A stretch of DNA of 64,000 nucleotides from Lama glama (Eukaryota): assembly GCA_028534125.1 (NCBI GenBank), contig CM052817.1:99016001-99080000 (forward strand). The letters are read 5' to 3'. Shown piece by piece: positions 38,129 through 51,500 of the stretch. Every line of letters begins with the position of its first letter. The stretch's first letter is position 1. Under the pieces are notes generated by a model. That model searched no databases. It was not told the origin of the DNA and saw only the letters and a program-made list of their open reading frames with translations. Made by a program: the position numbers and the translations under genes.

Positions 38129-38244
38129 CTGCTATTGTGTTGAGAAACATCAAGTATTCAAAATTTGAAATCTCTCTGTGTTGCCATCGCTGGGTCATAT
38201 TAGAAGCTTTAAAAAGTTGACGTGGACTCGCTAATGAGATACGC
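38129..38244 (-). CDS. LRBA: LRBA coding exon, PH-BEACH linker and BEACH start (116 nt): [38 protein letters not shown]
   Basis: Acceptor tttttcttgcag|G, donor GCAG|gtaatt; [28 protein letters not shown] motif; contained in ORF 38010..38267. Confidence 0.97.
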
Positions 38245-38937
38245 CTGCAAGAAAAAGAATTTGACATAGAATCAATTTAAACTTCAGATTAACTATATTA
38301 TAATAATAAATCATGAATATCTGTGCTCATGTAAAATGGCAGCTGTATTTTTCTGAGAAGTTCTATCCATGTTATACTAATGAATCCTAGAGATGTTTCG
38401 ATTGACAATTAATGATTAAACAAATGATCTGGACTAGCGACCGGTCTACTGTCCATGTTCTGTTCATTAAGGTAAGCTGTCATTACAAAGCCATTATAAT
38501 ATCTAGGCTCCATAAATGTTGATTAATAATAGTATGACTAATAATTCATACAAGATATAAAAGGAATTCTATTAACTGAGAAATGCATATAAAATTGTAT
38601 TCACATCTTTATCAATTTTAATAGTCATCTCTTAAAGACAACATATTTGTACATTATAAATTTAAACATTACATTTGCATACCCACTGTAACAGGGGAAA
38701 GAGGATTCTAACTCTAGGTGTTTATTCATGGGATAGGGTAAAGGTAAGAGAAACTATTATTTTTTTTATATAGCTTAATAAAAAACCAAGTTTTCTGTGT
38801 TTTGTCAAGGCAATATAAATAACAAACGATACAACTGACCAATACCAAATAGGTGGCAGGATGAATTATTACATTTGGAGCCCAGAATCTCAGAAACTAT
38901 GCTGTCACAGTTCTTCTTACCAGTGAGGACAAGGTAA

Positions 38938-41822
38938 CTTTTTTTTTAAAGCTTTATTTACAAATGGATAATTTACATACCATGAAATTTACACTTGTAG
39001 GTGTACTATTCAACTACTTTTTAAAGTAAATTTCTAGAGTTGCACAATTATCACCACAATGTATTTCAGAATATTTTAATCACTACAAAAACTTGCTTTG
39101 TGCCTTTCTACAGTTAATCCCCATTCCTCTCCCCAGCTCTAAGCAACTATCAATCTGCTTTCTGTCTCTATAAACTTGCCTTTTCTGAACACTTAACGGA
39201 ATCATACATCATGTAATCTTTCACATCAGGCTTCTTTCATTAACTATGATGTTTTCATCCATTTGGTAGCATGTATTAACAGCTCTCTTCTTTTGATTGC
39301 TGAATAGTATTCCATTGTATGAATACAGAATATAACACATTTTTAAAATCAATTCACAAGTTAATAAACATTTAAATTGTTCGAGTATTTACCTGTCATG
39401 AAAAATGCTACTAGGAACATTCATGTACACTTTTTTGATGAACATTTGCTGGCATGTCTTTAGGATAGATTCCTAGGAGTGGAATTGCTGGGTTGTATGT
39501 TGAGTTTATATTTAACTTTTTGAGAAAATGCCAGTTTTCACTTATACATTCCAACAAGCAATGTAGGATGCTCCAATTTTTCCACATTTCTGCCAATACT
39601 TGCTATTATATATTTTGTCATAGCCATTCTGGTCAGTGTAAAATGGTATCTTATTATAGTTCTAATGCACACTGTTGAACATCTTTTCATGTATGCATTA
39701 GCCATGTTTATTTTGTTTGAGGAAATGACTATTGAAAAGTTTTCTTCCTTCATTAGTTGGGTTGCTTCTGTCCTACTACTGAGTTATAAAAGTTCTTTAT
39801 ACATTCTAGATATAAGTCCTTTATTAGATACATGATGTACAAATATTTTCTCAGTCTGTGACTTATGCATTCATATATTTAGTGATGTGTTTAAAGCACA
39901 ATAGTTTCAAATTTTGATTAATTCAATTTCTCAATTTTTGTCTTTCATGAATTATGTTTTTGGTGTCACATCTGAGGACTCTTTGCTTAAATGAAAGTGA
40001 TGAAGCTTTTATCCTTTATCTTATTTGAGAAGTTTTTTAGTTTTAGATCTTAAATATAGGTCTATGATATATTTTGAGTTAATTTTTGTGAATAGTGTGT
40101 GGTAAGTGTTAAGTTTATTATCTTGCATGTGACTATCCAATTGTTTCAGTATCATTTATTTAAAGATTATCCTTCCTTCATTGAATTGTGCTAGCATCTT
40201 TATTAAAAAGCAACTAACCATAAATGCAAGGGTTTATTTCTCTATTCTGAGTTTAGTTTTATTCATTAATATCCCTATCCTTGTATAAATGCCATACAAT
40301 ATTGATCACTGTGAGTGTATGGTAAGTTTTGCAATTAGATAGTGATAGTCCTCTAATTTTGTTTTTCTTTTTCAAAGTTGTCTTCGCAATTCTAGATCCA
40401 TTGTGTTAGCTTCTCAATGTCCAAAATAAGTGTACTAAACTTTGATAGGCATTATGTTGAATTTACAGATCTGGGGAGAAAGGACATGGCAATCATGTTG
40501 AATCTTCTAATCCATGAACAGGGAATGTCTCAAGTTACTGATGTCTGTCTTTATGTTCTAACAGTCATGTTTTCATTTTCACTGCAAAAATTGTACACAC
40601 TGTCATCTAGGAATGACGATATCCCTTTCCAATCTGAATGCCTTCGGTTTTCCCCTTTCCTTCCTTTCTTATCACACAGGCTGAAATCTTCAATTTAATG
40701 TTGATAGAAGTGGTAAGAATGGAAGACTGAAGTCTTCTCAATCTTAGAGGAAAAGCATTCAGTCTTTCAGCACTGAGTACAGTGTGTGCTGTGGGGGGGT
40801 TTGATGGATGCTATTTATCTGTTTGTAGAAATTCACTTCTATTCCTAGTCAGTTGAGAGTTTCTAGTCACGAATGTGTATTAGATTTCGTCAGATGTTTT
40901 TTCTGTGTCTACTGAGATGATCATGTGGTTTTTCAGTACAGTATTCTATTAAACTGGGAGATAACATTAATTGATTTTCAGATTTAAACCAATTTGCAAT
41001 TCTGTGATAAAACCCATATGGCTATTTCATAATCCTTTTTATATACTGCTAGTTTTGGTTTGCTAACATTTTGTAAAGGATTTTTGTGTTATGCGTTCCT
41101 TAGGGATATTGGTCTATAGTTTTTCCTTGTGATGTCTTTGTCTGGCATTGGTATTAGGGTAACATTCACCTCACAGAATGAGTTGGGAAATGTTTCTTCT
41201 TCTTCTGTCTTCCGGATGAGTCTCTGAATTTTCAATCTAACTAGATAAGATTCACCAGTAAAGCCATCTGGGACTTCATTTTCTTTGCGGGAAGATTTTT
41301 TAATTACTAATTCAATTTCTTTACCTGTTACAGGTCTATTCAGCATTTTAATTTCTTCTCGACTCAATTCTAATAATTCTGTCTTTCTAGAAATCCCTCA
41401 CCTCAACTGTCTAATTTGTTGGTCAGTGTTGTTCAGGATATTTCCTTCCAATTCTTTTATTTTCTATATGATCAGTAGGAAGTCCTTTTTTTCATTTCTG
41501 ATTTTGGTAATTCATGACATGTCTTTTTCGTATAGTTAGGCAGTTAAAGTATGTCAATTTTATTAATCCTTTCCCGGAATCAGCTTTTCTTTAATTGATC
41601 TTATTTATTGTTTTTTGTTTGTTTTTCATTGGTTTCTGCTCTAATGTTCCTTATTCATTTCTTTCTACTTTTTTTCCATTTACTTTGCTCTTTTAATTTC
41701 TAAAGGTGGCACCATAGGTCACTGGTATTATTTAGGCATCTCAGGATTTCAGATGCAGGTATTTAAAGCTAAAAACTTCCCTTAAGCACTACTTTAGCTG
41801 TGTCCCATAAATTTTGATATAC
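38938..41822 (-). mobile_element. L1MB-type element, 3' UTR plus degenerate ORF2
   Basis: Poly(T) at 38938, L1MB-like 3' end; ORFs 39411..39596, 39538..39753 and 41089..41367 translate L1 ORF2 motifs (YNPAIPLLGIYP; RYHFTLTRMA; PDGFTGE, PNSF.E....LIP.PDKD....NYRPISL.N). Confidence 0.9.
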
Positions 41823-42639
41823 TATAGCTCTGTTGGATACAAAAACCTGAATCGCTGCCCTTCCGAGTGCCATGGGAGGAAGAATTGCTGGGTGCAGAAG
41901 TGGCCCAAAGTACCAAGGATGATTTTGAAGAGCTGCAACAGCATTTGTGGAAACAAGAAGAAAGAAGCTTCTAAGCTCAGACACTCTAGATGCAGGGAGG
42001 TATGCAAGGGAGAGAAACTGGCACAGACCCTGGAGCGAAAAAAAAGGAAAAGGAAAAAAGGAGAAAAACACTCCCCACTACTCCAGTCTCCCCGTGTAGC
42101 CTGATCTCTGCCTTATCCCGTACTTCACACCAAGCTTCAAACTGCAAGAGAAGATGATTCGGTAGCTGTTATAATCCCTGATTACACACGTCTAACACTT
42201 GGTTAGTGTTTCTGAATCACATGACAGGGTTGGGCAAAACTCACAGTGAAGAGAAAACTAAAATGAGGCTGCGGGTAGAATCTTCGGGCCAATTCAATGT
42301 ACCAGTATGGCTTATGACCAGTACTGATGTGCACATGCTTATACAGTTGGGTACTCATAAAGTGTCAGAGAGAATATTACAGATCAAGAAGAGCTACAGG
42401 TAGAAAAGTGATAGTAGGGCTAATTCTCCTGTCATTTGTCATCAGTAGTAGGTCAGGATTTAATACAAGTGTCTCTACCCACATCAGTCCTATTGACTGA
42501 CAACTCAGAAGTCTCACACTTAAACCAGAACCAAGAGAGGCAGCCCATAAACTGCAACCAAATTCACAGGCCTGCTGGCCAGCTAGAGCTTGTTGACACC
42601 AAATGGACACACTCACAGCACTCAACCTCCGGCAGTCAA

Positions 42640-43745
42640 AAACTGCTGATGCGATAAGCAAACGCCATTTTTCAGCCAATGTCTTACTGATTTGTCATCA
42701 AATCTTATCTTCTTTAAATACTGTCATCCTTTGGCAACACATTTTCCTGGATTTCCTAGTTTTCAAGCCCCTCCTGTTTTGGTTTTTCTGTTTCATTTAC
42801 CTAACATTTCAATGCTGCCCTTCCCCAGAACGCAGCCCCAGTTCATCCTACCCATTCTACAGTCTCCCCCCAGATGACTCCATTCCCTCTCAAGGCTTCA
42901 AATTTCATGAATGGTAATGATTCCCAACTACCACACTTTTCATTTGAGCTCTAGATATATCTTCTTATGTTCAACTTCCTATTCAACATTTCAGTCTGGA
43001 CATCTCTCAAGGGTTTCAATTTCAAGAGATCTGAAACTAAATTTCTCCTTTTCAGTCCATTCACCTTCTCCCCACAATCCTAAGCCCAACCCCAACCCCA
43101 ACCACTGGGGGAGATGGAGGAAGGATGCGTACAACTACTCCTTCTCCAGTGGTCCCCATCTCAGTCAGTGCTATTGGGCCATTCAAGCTGAAACTTGGGG
43201 AGACACACTGGACACCTCCATTTCTCATACTCCAAATTTAACTAACCTTCAAATCACATAAACTGTATCTCCTCAAAGCCTCTAAACAGGACATCTGTCT
43301 TCAACTACACTACCAGCATCAAATCTCACCTCGATTTCTACAATAAGCTCCCACCTCCAAACTGACACTCTCTTCCTGAAATCACTAAGTGCCAGTGATA
43401 CCTGCCTTCCAATATTCCTTAAAATACTGGAAGATCCATCTTGTTTCAGGGCCTTTACAGATGCTATTCACTTTTTCAAGGGTTAGCTGACTCTATTCCT
43501 TCAAATCAAAATGTAAAAGTCACACAGGAAGACATTTTGGACCATCTTATCCAAAGCATTTCATCTCCACTCCACTAGTCACTATCCCAACACCCTAACT
43601 ACATCCTTCCTGTCACACATTTTTTAAAAATTTTATTTACATATTTGTTTAAACATCTTTGGGCAAGACGATATCTATGTTGTACATTACATGACTGATA
43701 CACTCTAGGTGTTAAAGATCTGTTTACATGACTGACTCAATAAAT
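42640..43745 (+). mobile_element. L2 fragment
   Basis: cattccctctcaaggcttcaaattt...gacatctctcaa...caagctgaaacttggggagacacactggacacctcc...tcagggcctttacagatgctattc. Confidence 0.65.
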
Positions 43746-44029
43746 TAAGACTTTTAGCTTTCATTAACTGTGGGAAAACACTACAAAAAGTTTCCAAGTA
43801 TGATAATACATATTAGGTGATAGATAAAAGTATTTTTTAAAAAATAAAGGGATAATCAGTAGGAAAAAGGACTTTTTATTAAGATAAGGAAATCTACTAT
43901 GCCATTTTGAGCTGCTTCCTCCTGCACCCTGAACTTCCTCATTAAATTATAAAATTATCTAATCAAAAGCTTTACTGGCATTGTAAAGCAACGACTGCTA
44001 ATAATTCAGAAGGGTCTCTTATAAAAGTT

Positions 44030-44392
44030 GTAACCTGTTACATGTCCACAAATTCTTTTATACTTTCTCTTCAAGAGATGAAGCTTGATTTTCCTGCCCT
44101 GGAGCCCGGGTTGGGTTTAATAACTCACTTGTAACAAGTATAATGGAGCAGAAATGATGGCATGTGATACTCGAGGTAGGTCATAAGAAGAGACTGGGGA
44201 TTCTGCTTCATTCTCTCTCAGATCACTTGTTCTGGGGAGAGTCAGCTCCCTTGTCATGGAGACACTCAAACAGCCTATGCAGTGGCAGACTTGGTAAGGA
44301 ACCAAGTCCTACTTTCAACAGGCATAGGAGCACATCCTCTTGGAAAGCCCCCTGGCCCAGAATGACTGCAGGCCCTACTAATATCCTGACTG
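44030..44392 (+). mobile_element. MaLR LTR fragment (MLT1F/G-like)
   Basis: ccacaaattcttttatact...gcagaaatgatggcatgtga...aggtcataagaag...ctggggagagtcagctcccttgtcatg...atgactgcaggccc. Confidence 0.7.
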
Positions 44393-45117
44393 TTATTTGT
44401 TGCTTCTATTTCAACTGCATTTGTCATAAGATACAAACTTAAAAAACTGAAATAAATACTAATTAGGAACAGCTCAAATCAATACAAATTTAGGTATGCC
44501 AAAAAGTAAACTAAGTTTCTACGGCTAATATGTTTCATCAATCAATAGAAACATCATGCTATTCACTCTTTTCCTAGTTCTTAAATTAGTTAGCTAAATT
44601 GGATTGATGATGAGTTAATATCTACTAAGAAAGAAAACAATTAATGGTCATTCTCTTTAAAGATAGCCAACTGACTCCAGCACACAGGCAAGAGAGGTAT
44701 AACCCCACACTCTCCCAATTCCCTGTGCCGTGAGATGCTTTGGCATTTTAACATTCCTTTCAAGTAGTTATTAAGTTAATTTGAACAATATAAATACTAG
44801 TTATTAAGTCCATATGTATACACAAAGTTAATATTTGAACTCTGATTTATCAGAGGTTAAAGATAAAAGTTTTAATTAAATATACTGTAGTTACAAAATC
44901 CTTAACATATGGAGTTGATATTTATATCAACAGAGGAAAAATTGCAATAAATATGACATACAGCAAAGTCTAATCATTTTTATCAAAATGATAAAAATTT
45001 TTTATCTGACTTATCATACATGTTAAATAATGGTACTTTTGAAAATGAGTATGTAATGAGCACTTTTGTAACTGAGATATTTTAAATATAGGGCCTGTTT
45101 TTGCAATGAGATAAAAT

Positions 45118-48100
45118 TGTTGAGATAAAATTTAATAAAACAACATTTACCAAACTTAAGTGTACAGTTTAATCAGTTCTGGATATACCTATTTCTATAA
45201 CCACCATTACAATCAAGATATTCTGCAAAATGGTCCCTGGCATCCTTTTGCAGTGAATTCCTTTGTCCCTGGCAGTTCCTGGCTCCTGGCAAGGATCTGC
45301 TTTCTATCACAATACAGTTTTGTTTTTTCAACAATTTCACATAAACAGAATCATAGCCCATGGCTATAATGTGTGAAGGCCACGATGCCTCCTCACTTCT
45401 TTTACTAGCACAATGCTTTTGAGATTCATCCCTGCTGTTGCATGTATCAGTAGTCAATTCCTTTCTATTTCTGAGTAGTGTTTCATTGCCTGGATGCACT
45501 ACAATCTATTGATCCATGCACAGTTGATGGAACTAGAAATGTTTTCAGTTTGGAACTGTATGAATAACAGTGCTATTAATATTTGCTTACAAGTGAATGT
45601 ATGTATATATATTTTCAATACTCTTGGGTAAATTCCTAGGAGTCACAGTGACAGGACATAAATTAAATGTATATTTAACTTTGTAAGAAGACTAGCAAAC
45701 TTTCCAAAGTGACTATACTAATTTGTATTCCTACTAGCTTGGTTCTAGAGTTCCTGATGAAGTGGTCTGTTTTTTTTCAAAAAGTCATATAAATAGAATC
45801 ACACAGTATGTGGTCTTTTGTGCTGGCTTCCTTCACCTAGCGTAACACTTCTCAAATCCATCCAGGTTGTTCCCTGTAATAGTAGTTTGTTCCTTTTCAC
45901 CGCTGAGCAGTATTTTCTATTGGATGGATGGATATATGATAATTTGTCCATTCACTAGTTGATGACCAACTTGGCTATTTCTATATTTTTTGTGATTACA
46001 AATATGGCTGTTATAAACGCTCATGAACAGGTCACCGCATGAATAGACGTATTTTCTATTCTCCATAGATGCCTTCGAGTGAGACTACTGGTATATGTGG
46101 TAAGTTTATGATTAATTTTATATGAAACTGCAAAACTGTTTCCAAAGTGGCCACCACTTTACTTTCCCATAAGCAACATGTGAAGCTCCAGGTACTGTGC
46201 ATTCTTATTAGCTCTTGTTACAGGTTTTTAAAAAGTCATTCTAACAGCTGGGCCATGACATTACATTGCAGTTTAACTGGCGTTTCCTCGATGACTAATG
46301 AATGATGTGTGGCACTTTTGCATGTGTTTGATATTTATATCTATTCTTTGCTGAAGTATCTGTAAAAAATCTTGTTTTTTTTTTAAAATAGGTTGTTTGT
46401 CCTACTATTAAATGTAGGAGTTTCTTTCTTTTTTTTTTTTAATAGTTTTTTAAATTAATCTTTAAACGTTTTTTGTGGGGAAGGGTAATTAGGTTTATTC
46501 ATTTATTCTCAGAGGTGGTACCAGGGACTGAAGCCAGGACCCTGTGCATGGTAAGCATGCACTCTACCACTTGAACTATATCCTCCTTGCAGTAGCTTCT
46601 TATATATCCTTTATACAAATCCTTTATCACTTTTAAGTTGCACAAATATATTAACTCAGCTGATAGCATATCCTTTCATTTTCTCAAGAGTGTCTTTCAA
46701 AAGCCAATGGTTTTAATTTCAAAGGTCAATTAATGATTTTTTTTTTCAGTCTTACCTAAGAAATTTTTCCTAACTCAAAGTCACAAAGATTTTTCTCGTA
46801 TATTTTTTTTAGGAAGTTTTACATTGGCACTTATGTTTAAGTTATGTTACGTTTTGAGTTAATTTATATGTTAGGTAAAGGATGAGGTGGGGTTTGTAGG
46901 GTTTGTTTTGGGGGGTTTTTTGTATGTGTTTGCATATAGGGCTATCCAATCTTTGACTACCATTTGTTGGAAAAACTATCTTTTCCCATAGACATAGATT
47001 GATATTCTTGTTAAAAATCAAAATGACCATTTCTGTGTGGGCTATTTCTGGATGCTGTTATATTCTACTGCTCTTTAAGTCTATTTCACAAAAGACATTA
47101 AGTCCTGAAATCACATAGTTAAAGTTCTCCAACTTTGTTTTTCTTTTCCAAATTGTTTTAGTTACTCTAGATATTTGCTCCACTTAAATTTTAGAATTAG
47201 CTTGTCAGTTTCTCAAAAAAGGCCATCTAGGATTTTGAATAGAATCGTTGAACCTATAGATCTGTTTGGAGAGAACTAACATCATACTTATATTGAGTCT
47301 TTCAATTCATGAACATGTTATGGTACAACTTTCCACTTTCAGGTTTCTTTAATTTCCCTAAACAATGTTTTACAGTTTTCAAAGAGCAAATATTAATATT
47401 TTCAATTTTATCTATAGATGCTTAATTTTTTGATACTATTTAAATACTCTTTAATTTCAATTTCCTATTGTTCATTACTACTATATAGGAATAAAATTAC
47501 ATACGCTACAAAATTGCTAAACTTGGTTATTAGTTCAAACGGCTTTTTAAAAAAAATTTGCAGTTTCCTTGGGAATGTACACATTAAGTCATGTACATAA
47601 ACTATAAAAGATAGTTTTATTTCTTCCTTTTCAATCAAGATGGTCTGTAGCTTCCTCTTCTGGTAATGCCTTGTTGTGGATTTGGAATTCAGGTAATGCT
47701 GGCTTCTCAGAATGACTCTGGAAATTTACCCCTCTTCTCTATTTTCTGTAAGAGTTTGCAGAAATAGTACTTCTTCATTAAACATTTGACAGAATTTGCC
47801 ACTGAAACCATGTAAGTGAGGAATTTTCTCTGTTAGAAGATTTTAAGCTACAAATTCAATTTCCTCTATAGAGCTGTTAAAGTTACCTATTTCCACTAGC
47901 GAGATTTGACAGTTTGTGTCTTTCATGGAATCTGCTCATTTCATCTAAGTTGTCTAATTAAGGGGCATAAATTTGTTCATAATATTTCCTGATTTTATTT
48001 TTAATATCTTTAGGATCTGTAGTGATATCCCTTCCTTCATTCTGATATTAGCAATGTATCTTTTTTTGTAAGTCATGCGTAGATATTTATTACATTTATT

Positions 48101-48240
48101 AATCTTTTCAGAGAAATAACTTTCCATTGTATTGATTTTTCTTTATTGTTTTTGATTTCTTCTTCATTAAAATTCCCTTGTTTATTACTTTCTTTTTTCA
48201 GCTTAGTTTGTTATACATATGTTCTTCTTTTTCTCATTTC
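45118..48240 (-). mobile_element. Composite old L1M (two 3' UTR segments plus ORF2 pieces)
   Basis: Two successive L1M 3' UTR-like blocks (~45118-45750, ~45780-46400), then ORF2 rc text (ccatttgttggaaaaactatcttttccc; ttcatctaagttgtctaatt). Confidence 0.82.
46427..46587 (-). mobile_element. Camelid tRNA-Ala-derived SINE nested in L1
   Basis: ggtaattaggtttatt tail and gcatgcactctaccacttgaactata head; degenerate TSD tgtaggagtttctt/tgcagtagcttctt. Confidence 0.82.
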
Positions 48241-48380
48241 TTCAGACAGAAGTTCATTTGACTCAAAACAAAACAATACACGATTTTACTATGAAGCACA
48301 AAAGGTCATGCATTTCAAAACACATAAGAACAAATATTAATATAGGTTATTTTCCACATTTATTTCATATAGAACAGTAC

Positions 48381-48483
48381 CTGGTTTGAGGCAATCCAAA
48401 ACTGGTTCCAATACCAACACGAGGTAGATAGTTAACCACTTTCTTCACTGTTGCAGGGTCTGGGAAGTTGAACATCACAGCAA
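48381..48483 (-). CDS. LRBA: LRBA coding exon, end of PH domain (103 nt): VAVMFNFPDPATVKKVVNYLPRVGIGTSFGLPQT(R)
   Basis: Acceptor tttttcatag|TT, donor CCAG|gtactg; phase 1 in, phase 2 out, in frame with neighbours. Confidence 0.96.
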
Positions 48484-50611
48484 CTATGAAAAATAATTTT
48501 TAAAAATTAGAATAAAATATGGTTTTCTCTCTGGAAAACTGACTTCTTGGTCTAATAAAATGCTTACTCTTAGTTCAGGTATCTATTATAGAATTTTTAC
48601 CATATTACTTTTATTACAGTATATATCAAGTTCTAATATTAATATGCCAGAAATGATAATCATTTTACTCATAAACTATCAGATCATTCCTTCTCTAAAT
48701 ACTGTCAGAAGTTATATCAACTATTGCTGCATTAATGTAACATGATGTTGAGATTTTATCAAGCTACAATTTTGAATGTACAGAATTGAATTTTTTATAA
48801 GTAAAAAATGTAGCTATGAATTTCTATAAAAAACTTTAAATTTTTAAGTTTACATACTTAACAATCTAATACCAAAAAGGCTACAAATATAGCTGTTAAA
48901 TTGTTGGTTATATTGCTAATGATGAATAGCTTAAGAAATATTCTCTTTACAATGTTTATATTTATGCTTTATATGTTAATATAATTCAGAACAATGTGTG
49001 ACTTGAAGAAAAAATTTTTCTCTGTGATTAATAATCAAATTTAAATGCTTTCTAATCATTGCTATTTCAATAATTACACATTTTGAGACAATTAATAAGT
49101 GTACATCATATATATAAGTATATTCAAAATATAAATGTAATTTACAAGTCATTTATAAAATTTTATCCTTCTTAAAAATATGAAAATATCAAAGTCATAA
49201 AATCATGAATTAGAATTTAGGAGATATTAATTTGGTCAACCTTGAAATTTTAATTATATTAATTTCTATTTCAGTACCATAAATAATCTACAAGTACTCA
49301 TCAAGAAAATGATCCTTCTATCTAGCCTAAAAAATACTACAAACCAAAACATTTCATCGAGGTTGGTGTAGTTTTTAAACACTGGCATTACATCATGTTA
49401 GGTACATTTTGGGTAAATAAGTATATGATCTTCACTAAGAACCTAAAGTATATTTAGAACTATCATGTGTATATCCAACATAACTTTTTAATAAGCTTCC
49501 TTATATATCCACTATTATACTGAACACAAGGGAAGAAAAAAAAACAAAAAGAAAAACTCAGGTTATGGCAGATGACCAAGGCCATGAGGGAAAGGCAATA
49601 GAAAAACACACGTACAAAGATATAAAGCAAAGACGCGTAAGAAATTTCAAAGAAGGAAAATAAATGAGGATGAGCAAGTAATAAATACTGTAAGACTGAG
49701 ACCCCTCTGGGACAGCAAGAATGCAGACTGAACTAAAGTGTGAAACAGTCACTTGATTACTTGCCTGGAAGAATTATGTTTACATTAGAAGAAGAGGTAT
49801 GTGTGTGGGAGAAGACCAAATACGAAAGGGAAAAACATCTTTTCCTAAAGAAATCTGTACTCCCTAGAGAAACATGATTTCATTAAAAAATGTATGGAAT
49901 ATATGTTATGTGTAGATTTTTTAAATGACAACTTGTAGGTTATTGACAGAGAAAATAAGAAAATTTCAATCTATTTATAAAAGAGTATGTAAAATAAGTC
50001 ATAGAGTTTTATATAATGTCCCTTGTATGCCTCCACTCATACCCAGCAATGCTTTTTCCTTCAAGTTCACCTTGTCTCTCCTTCTTGCCTTAATGAATTT
50101 CACCAAGTTCAATTCTAAACCCACAAATTGAATTTTAGTTCTTTCAAGAATGATGTAATACAAAGCAACCAGGACAGTTCAGTACCATTTTCTGATGGTC
50201 CCTTTATAAATGGCAATAGATTAGACAAAAAATTAAATAAATGTATGAATCATTTGATTACCCTCTCCCCTCTCGAAATGCAGCCACCTTCCAGAAGGAG
50301 TTTGAGCGTCAGAGCAATGTTGAGGACATCCAAACTCCACAACTGATTAAATGGGTAGTTATTCCTCGTATTTATAAAGCCTTGCACTAATCTGTGATTT
50401 GGTCAGAAAAATAAAACTCCTACAAATAATTCTAAGAATGATCAAGGGCTGGAGGGAAACCATGAAGATGCACGTGGTTCGAAAAAGAGGTCAACAGGGC
50501 AGAGAGTAGGCTACAAAATTCTATCTAAATGGAAACAACATGGCATGTTAAAAATGAAACTTCGGGAGATGGCGGTTAGCTTTGTAACAATATACGTCTG
50601 CGACATATTAC

Positions 50612-50729
50612 CTCTGTTTGCCATAAAGATCTCCAAGGCTGTATTTTGCAAAAGATAACGACGAGAAAAGATTGATCGTATCTCTGTGAACAGCCATTTT
50701 CCATGCAGCCCTTCTGTATATGCCAGGAT
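50612..50729 (-). CDS. LRBA: LRBA coding exon, PH domain (118 nt): [39 protein letters not shown]
   Basis: Acceptor ttttttccctcactag|ATC, donor AGAG|gtaata; [14 protein letters not shown] is the hallmark of BEACH-type PH domains. Confidence 0.96.
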
Positions 50730-51224
50730 CTAGTGAGGGAAAAAAGAATCCCAAGTAAGTAAAAACAGTAGAATTTTTTTTTTTTGTTCTTCCTGCCAGT
50801 TAAAACAGAAAAGTCCCTTTTAAGAAAAAGAATTTCTAAGAATTGAATAAACAGTTATTGAATTAATTTGGAGGGTGACTAAGAAAATAGACTGAAATTT
50901 ATGGAAAAGATGCTTAAATAAAAAAAAAAACAGAACAGAACTATAAAACATCTACTTATAAATATATTTGGGGCTTTTTAAAGTAATGATGTAATCTACT
51001 ATTTTTCGGGAAATACATACTACATTATTCATTAATTTTTGAGTCACATTAAAGAAGTAAAATTTTAGACAAAGCCTTAAAAAGGAGAAAGACCTCAAAA
51101 AGATGTCCTACAGGCTTATAGATCACTCATAAAATTCAGTTGCATATAAGATGATTATAATGTAGCCCCAAATACTTTTTACGTACTTTAAAAATACATA
51201 TTTAAGCTCATAACCGAAAAATCA

Positions 51225-51500
51225 CACTTACAAGGTCACTGTTAAGCTAACAGTCGCTCATTTAGGAAGCACAAAGACTGACTGTGTAAGAGGTTAAGTA
51301 TCATTTTGTCAGCTGGGCTAAACACAAACCTGCAAATGAACTCAGCATAATCTCTCTATGGAGTAGGTGGTTGTCAGAGTAACTTGTTACAAGTCTTGTC
51401 ATCCCATGTGACAGACGCAGTGGTTTAGAATGCTTTGCCAACTCAAAGTAATCCTGTCTTTAGTCCTAAGCCACTTTGTTGCTTTGTTATTCAAGTTTTG
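51225..51500. promoter_or_regulatory. Candidate enhancer with K50-homeodomain (OTX/CRX/PITX) site cluster
   Basis: TAATCC 51449-51454, TAAGCC 51467-51472, TAATCT 51348-51353, TAAGCT 51243-51248, TGACAG 51409-51414, CAAGGTCA 51231-51238; non-repetitive. Confidence 0.3.
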
